Below are positions 60,619 to 64,000 of a stretch of DNA of 64,000 nt, piece after piece. The translations under genes were made by a program, and so were the position numbers. Each line of letters begins with the position of its first letter. The stretch's first letter is position 1. The notes below the pieces were generated by a model. That model ran no database searches, was not told the DNA's origin, and was given only the letters and a program-made list of their open reading frames with translations. Source of the DNA: Spirochaetia bacterium (GTDB lineage: Bacteria; Spirochaetota; Spirochaetia; UBA9216). The DNA is taken from the NCBI GenBank assembly GCA_965140585.1, contig OZ223266.1, positions 32,001 through 96,000 of the forward strand, in the 5' to 3' direction.

Positions 60619-61407
60619 TTCTTAATGCGGCTGATGCGGTTTACAGCTATCCTGAGGGCTTTTCTTTGGGGCCTGTTAATTTCTCGGCGGGTGAGGGCTG
60701 TTTCATGGTTATTCTGGGCCCCAATGGTTCCGGAAAATCAACTCTCTTTTCACTGCTCAACGGTCTGATAAAACTTTCCTCGGGAAGTATAAAGGCGGGG
60801 CCGCGTAGTATTTCTGCCATTATTCCGGCCGAGAGAGCAAGGCTTATTGGGAATGATCCCTCAGACGAGTGCAGGGGACTTTGATTATACAGTCCGTGAA
60901 ATGGTGATGATGGGACGCTATCCTTACCAGAGACTTTTCAGTCCTCCCTCGGATGAGGATAACCTGGTTGTAGACAGGGTTCTGGACCAGCTTGATATGA
61001 GTATGCTGTCAGGCCGCTCGGTCCGCCATCTTAGCGGCGGTGAGTATCAGCGTGTACTGCTCGGCCGGGTTCTGGCTCAGCAGACTGACATTCTTCTGCT
61101 TGATGAACCGGGCAACCATCTTGATTTAAAGCATCAGCTGAAAATGCTCGGCTACCTTCGTACAATTGCCGATTCTGGAAAGACTGTGGTTGCTGTGCTG
61201 CACGATCTTAACCAGGCAATGCACTATGCCGATTTCGGAATCATGCTCAAGCAGGGAAAGACTGTAGTCAGCGGTAAGCCCTCCGAATTTATAACTCCTG
61301 CCCTTGTTCATGAGGTTTATGATACCAGGGTAAGTGAATATTTCTGCCCTGAAAACGGCGACCGGATTATCGGTCCGGCATCTGCTGGAGCTTCGGACAA
61401 TGAATAG
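60615..61407 (+). CDS. btuD: Cobalamin ABC transporter ATPase (1-nt insertion near 60850)
   Basis: GPNGSGKS in the first ORF. Removing one G restores LIGMIPQ. LSGGE, LLLDEP, LHDLN. Confidence 0.82.
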
Positions 61408-62185
61408 AACAGCAAAGTATAATTTTGATTCCTTTACTTTCACAGTAGATGTTGATGATGACTCCTGCCGTACTGTTTTCAGCAGAAGCGTTCCGGTCAT
61501 CTCAACTGCTGTTCTGGGCGGTGGAATGAGCTCAGCTTCATCGGTACTTAATATGAAGGTTAGGCAGAACTTTCTCGGACTCGAAACAGACTTTGTTGAG
61601 CCGGCTGAAAGTATAAGACTCTCTGCCTTGGAATATGGACTTCCCGCACCCTGTATCGGAATGATGACCGCCGCCTCAATGAACAGTTATTGTGATGCTC
61701 TGATTCAAGAGCAGGAGGTACGTGTTTTCTGCTGTCTTACCGCGGGGTTTTCAAATGCTCTGGCCGCCGGTGACAAAGCTTCATTTCTGCCGGAGTTTCT
61801 TGCTGAAAAACATTCCTGTAAACAATCTGAAATTAAGCCGGGTACTATCAATATCATAGCCGGGACTAATATTCCGCTTGCTCCGCAGGCAGCCTGTGAG
61901 GCCTTGATGATATGCAGTGAAGCCAAGACTGCCCTCATTCACGAACGCGGAATAAAAAGTACAGTTTCTGAAATGTATGCCACCGGAACAGGTACCGATT
62001 CAATCCTAGTTTTTTCTGCACCTGCAGCGGCATTTGGCGGTCCGGAAGGTTTCGGCAGCGAAGGAGAAAAATACTGCGGAAAGCATACAAAACTCGGTGA
62101 ACTTTTTGCCCGTGCGGTCCGGCAGGCTCTTGGCGGCTCAATTGATATTCTAAGCTCAGCAGGATTCGTGGTTACTGAAGTATAA
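61400..62185 (+). CDS. cbiZ: Adenosylcobinamide amidohydrolase CbiZ
   Basis: STAVLGGG, GMMTAA, TAGFSNA, PGTINI, EAK, ATGTGTD, GKHTKLGE. Confidence 0.9.
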   Translation: MNRTAKYNFDSFTFTVDVDDDSCRTVFSRSVPVISTAVLGGGMSSASSVLNMKVRQNFLGLETDFVEPAESIRLSALEYGLPAPCIGMMTAASMNSYCDALIQEQEVRVFCCLTAGFSNALAAGDKASFLPEFLAEKHSCKQSEIKPGTINIIAGTNIPLAPQAACEALMICSEAKTALIHERGIKSTVSEMYATGTGTDSILVFSAPAAAFGGPEGFGSEGEKYCGKHTKLGELFARAVRQALGGSIDILSSAGFVVTEV

Positions 62186-63157
62186 CGGGTTTTTCTGTTT
62201 TAATTCTTCTATCTTTTGTTCAGTCTGTTTCAGATGCGCGATGTAGTTCTGAGACTCAGGGTTTAAAGGCCGGTGATTAAGCGACTTCAGAAGTTTTGTA
62301 TAGCCGTCCAGAAACTCAAGGTATTGCGGAGTAAAAACAGAATTTATAAATCTTGAAAGAATGTACTCAACAGCTTCATCTGAAGGGTGGCAAAGATCTT
62401 TGGCATACCAGCGGTAGTCGCGAAGTTCATCCATCATAATCTCGTATGATGGAAAATACCATGAGCCTTCCGAATCATTTTTCACCGCTTCATCTATTGC
62501 GCAGCGCAGGACGGCCTTGCTCAGTGAATTTTCAGCAGGCTTATCACGCAGATGTCTTACGGGGCTCAGTGTCCATATGATGCGGATACCCGGATTCAGT
62601 TTGCGCAGTTTGCTGATTATAGACCGCATATTTTCTGACGCCTCATCAACGCTGAACATTTCCCGGGCAAAGGTTCCGGCGGATTGCTTGTGGCAGTTAT
62701 TCACAATCATACCGGTTTTTAAGTGCCTGTAAACAGCTGCTGTTCCCGCGGTTATTATAATGGCTTCAGCGCTTTCAAGAAATCTCCTGCATTGAGTAAG
62801 CGCTCTGTTGAGCATACCGCTGAATATTTCTGCATCTTCGCCATAGATTAGAGAGTGAAACATGTAGTGATAATATATTCCATCCCTTTCCAGAAGATCG
62901 GAAGGCTTTATCTCGCGGGATTCAATAACCAGTGCAAATGCAGTTTTCATGGCCGCAGGGTTGTAGATATTTCCAAAAGGGGTTATCTGCACGTTCAGAT
63001 TGGCAGTATGGAGTTCGTGGTACAGATAGTCAGCAAAACATGAGCCGGAGAACATTATGCCCCTGCCTTCAAGCCTCCATTCCGGCGGCTTGAAGTTTAC
63101 TGCGGAGATCTTTCTTCCTGTAAAATCATCAGAGTTTTTATATGAGAGAGAAATCAT
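62156..63157 (-). CDS. GSCFA-domain protein (SGNH-like)
   Basis: GSCFA, PFGNIYNP, TAGTA, NCHK, TLSPVRH, NSLSK, YFPSYEIMMDELRDYR.Y..D..HP. Confidence 0.88.
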   Translation of the reverse strand: MISLSYKNSDDFTGRKISAVNFKPPEWRLEGRGIMFSGSCFADYLYHELHTANLNVQITPFGNIYNPAAMKTAFALVIESREIKPSDLLERDGIYYHYMFHSLIYGEDAEIFSGMLNRALTQCRRFLESAEAIIITAGTAAVYRHLKTGMIVNNCHKQSAGTFAREMFSVDEASENMRSIISKLRKLNPGIRIIWTLSPVRHLRDKPAENSLSKAVLRCAIDEAVKNDSEGSWYFPSYEIMMDELRDYRWYAKDLCHPSDEAVEYILSRFINSVFTPQYLEFLDGYTKLLKSLNHRPLNPESQNYIAHLKQTEQKIEELKQKNPLYFSNHESC

Positions 63158-64000
63158 AGTTGAAATCAGTCTCCTTGTCTCCCGGGGTTTCACGGCTGAA
63201 ATCATAAAAGGATGAGCAGCCCTTCTGTTCAGGAAGCGAAAGCACTTCCTGCGGAAAAATACAGGACAGAAAGCCTGGTTGGTCATGAACTGAATAATCT
63301 ATATCCTGCTGTGCCGGTGTTGCTACAGTAAAGAATTTACCCCGGCTGTCGTTGATGCTTCCTTCGACAGAAACCGAGGCTCTGGTTGCAAGCAGGAAGG
63401 GCTTTCCCCTTCTGTATATCTCAGCTTTTAACGGCCAGTGCTTCAGTGCTTCAGTTACTGCTTCATGATCAAGCTCAAGCCAGAGCTGAACCTTATCTGC
63501 TCCTGCTTTTTTAAGCTGTTCAGCAGCGTAGCTGTTTGCCGCAGCCAGCGGAAATCCGGAACTGATAGATATCTCCGGTTCAGGAACCCCTTCAGTATTA
63601 ATTCCGCCTTCTGTAATCCCGGCTTCCTTTAGAAGATTTATATGCGCTATGGATGAAATTCTGAATCTTCTGATACCCTTGCGGTAGGCTTCAATGATTT
63701 CTTCTTTCAGATCGGCAAGCCGGGCCTCGGGACAGAAGAATGGCAGAAGCAGTTCTTCTCCGCTTTTTGCTGCCTGCGTTAAATCTGCTGCCTTGATGAA
63801 ATCTGAAAGCCCTGTGTTCCGAACTCTGTTGCCGGGGTTGTAAACAGTCTGCTCCTGCTGTGCCTCCGGGGTTATACTGATTCTCCGCAATTCTTCTTTT
63901 TTTCTCTGATCATTATTAAAATCTTCAAGCCAGCTGCTGCCGTCCTTCGATTCAAGAAGCGGAGATATCTGTTCAGCAGCCCATTCCCAGAAGCCCCGGC
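63138..64000 (-). CDS. C-terminal part of a probable U32 peptidase-family protein (5' end outside window)
   Basis: PL..ANSYA, GA..V...LELD, EIY..G.P.LL.TR, DSRG resemble U32 C-terminal regions. Confidence 0.5.
   Translation of the reverse strand, partial: RGFWEWAAEQISPLLESKDGSSWLEDFNNDQRKKEELRRISITPEAQQEQTVYNPGNRVRNTGLSDFIKAADLTQAAKSGEELLLPFFCPEARLADLKEEIIEAYRKGIRRFRISSIAHINLLKEAGITEGGINTEGVPEPEISISSGFPLAAANSYAAEQLKKAGADKVQLWLELDHEAVTEALKHWPLKAEIYRRGKPFLLATRASVSVEGSINDSRGKFFTVATPAQQDIDYSVHDQPGFLSCIFPQEVLSLPEQKGCSSFYDFSRETPGDKETDFNYDFSLI

Noticed and set aside
59071-60855. Phase variation of btuFCD by slipped-strand repeats
   Set aside because: The runs are only about 3-4 nt, too short for contingency loci, and three independent switches in one transporter are implausible.
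1-64000. CRISPR array, tRNA/rRNA, transposase or integrase
   Set aside because: No regularly spaced repeat-spacer array, recognisable structural RNA gene or recombinase motif was found by eye.

Overview
A 64-kb window from a probably anaerobic spirochaete. The taxon is inferred from the 'AGQQE'/'AGGVKE'-type signal peptides and the spirochaete-style CheY N-terminus. From left to right: (1) two URO-D-family genes and a hydrolase. (2) An accessory region (~2.7-36.7 kb) with many decayed or deletion-fused genes around three intact modules. These are a sigma54/PrpR-controlled catabolic operon (DUF1932 dehydrogenase, RraA-type aldolase, TctCBA, B3-like metallo-hydrolase, amidohydrolase, 2-oxoacid:ferredoxin oxidoreductase, SucD), a partly decayed sugar-acid cluster (pgl, gnd, LarA-family epimerase), and a type II ABC importer + DUF364 operon. 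That operon lies directly behind a Moco-motif riboswitch candidate and inside 47-bp direct repeats. (3) Core-like genes: an archaeal-type homocysteine synthesis trio, CheY, HflX, an SPL-like radical SAM protein and a diguanylate cyclase. (4) An aryl-alcohol/aldehyde oxidation module and an interrupted MCP. (5) A cobalamin-riboswitch operon with BtuB, BtuFCD and CbiZ plus three lipoproteins (BtuH-like, BtuG-like and one unassigned). No rRNA, tRNA, CRISPR array or transposase was seen. The best candidates for undescribed systems are the Moco-riboswitch importer/DUF364 module, the lipoprotein-assisted cobamide capture operon and the sigma54 catabolic operon. All family calls come from motif recognition by eye, not from database searches.
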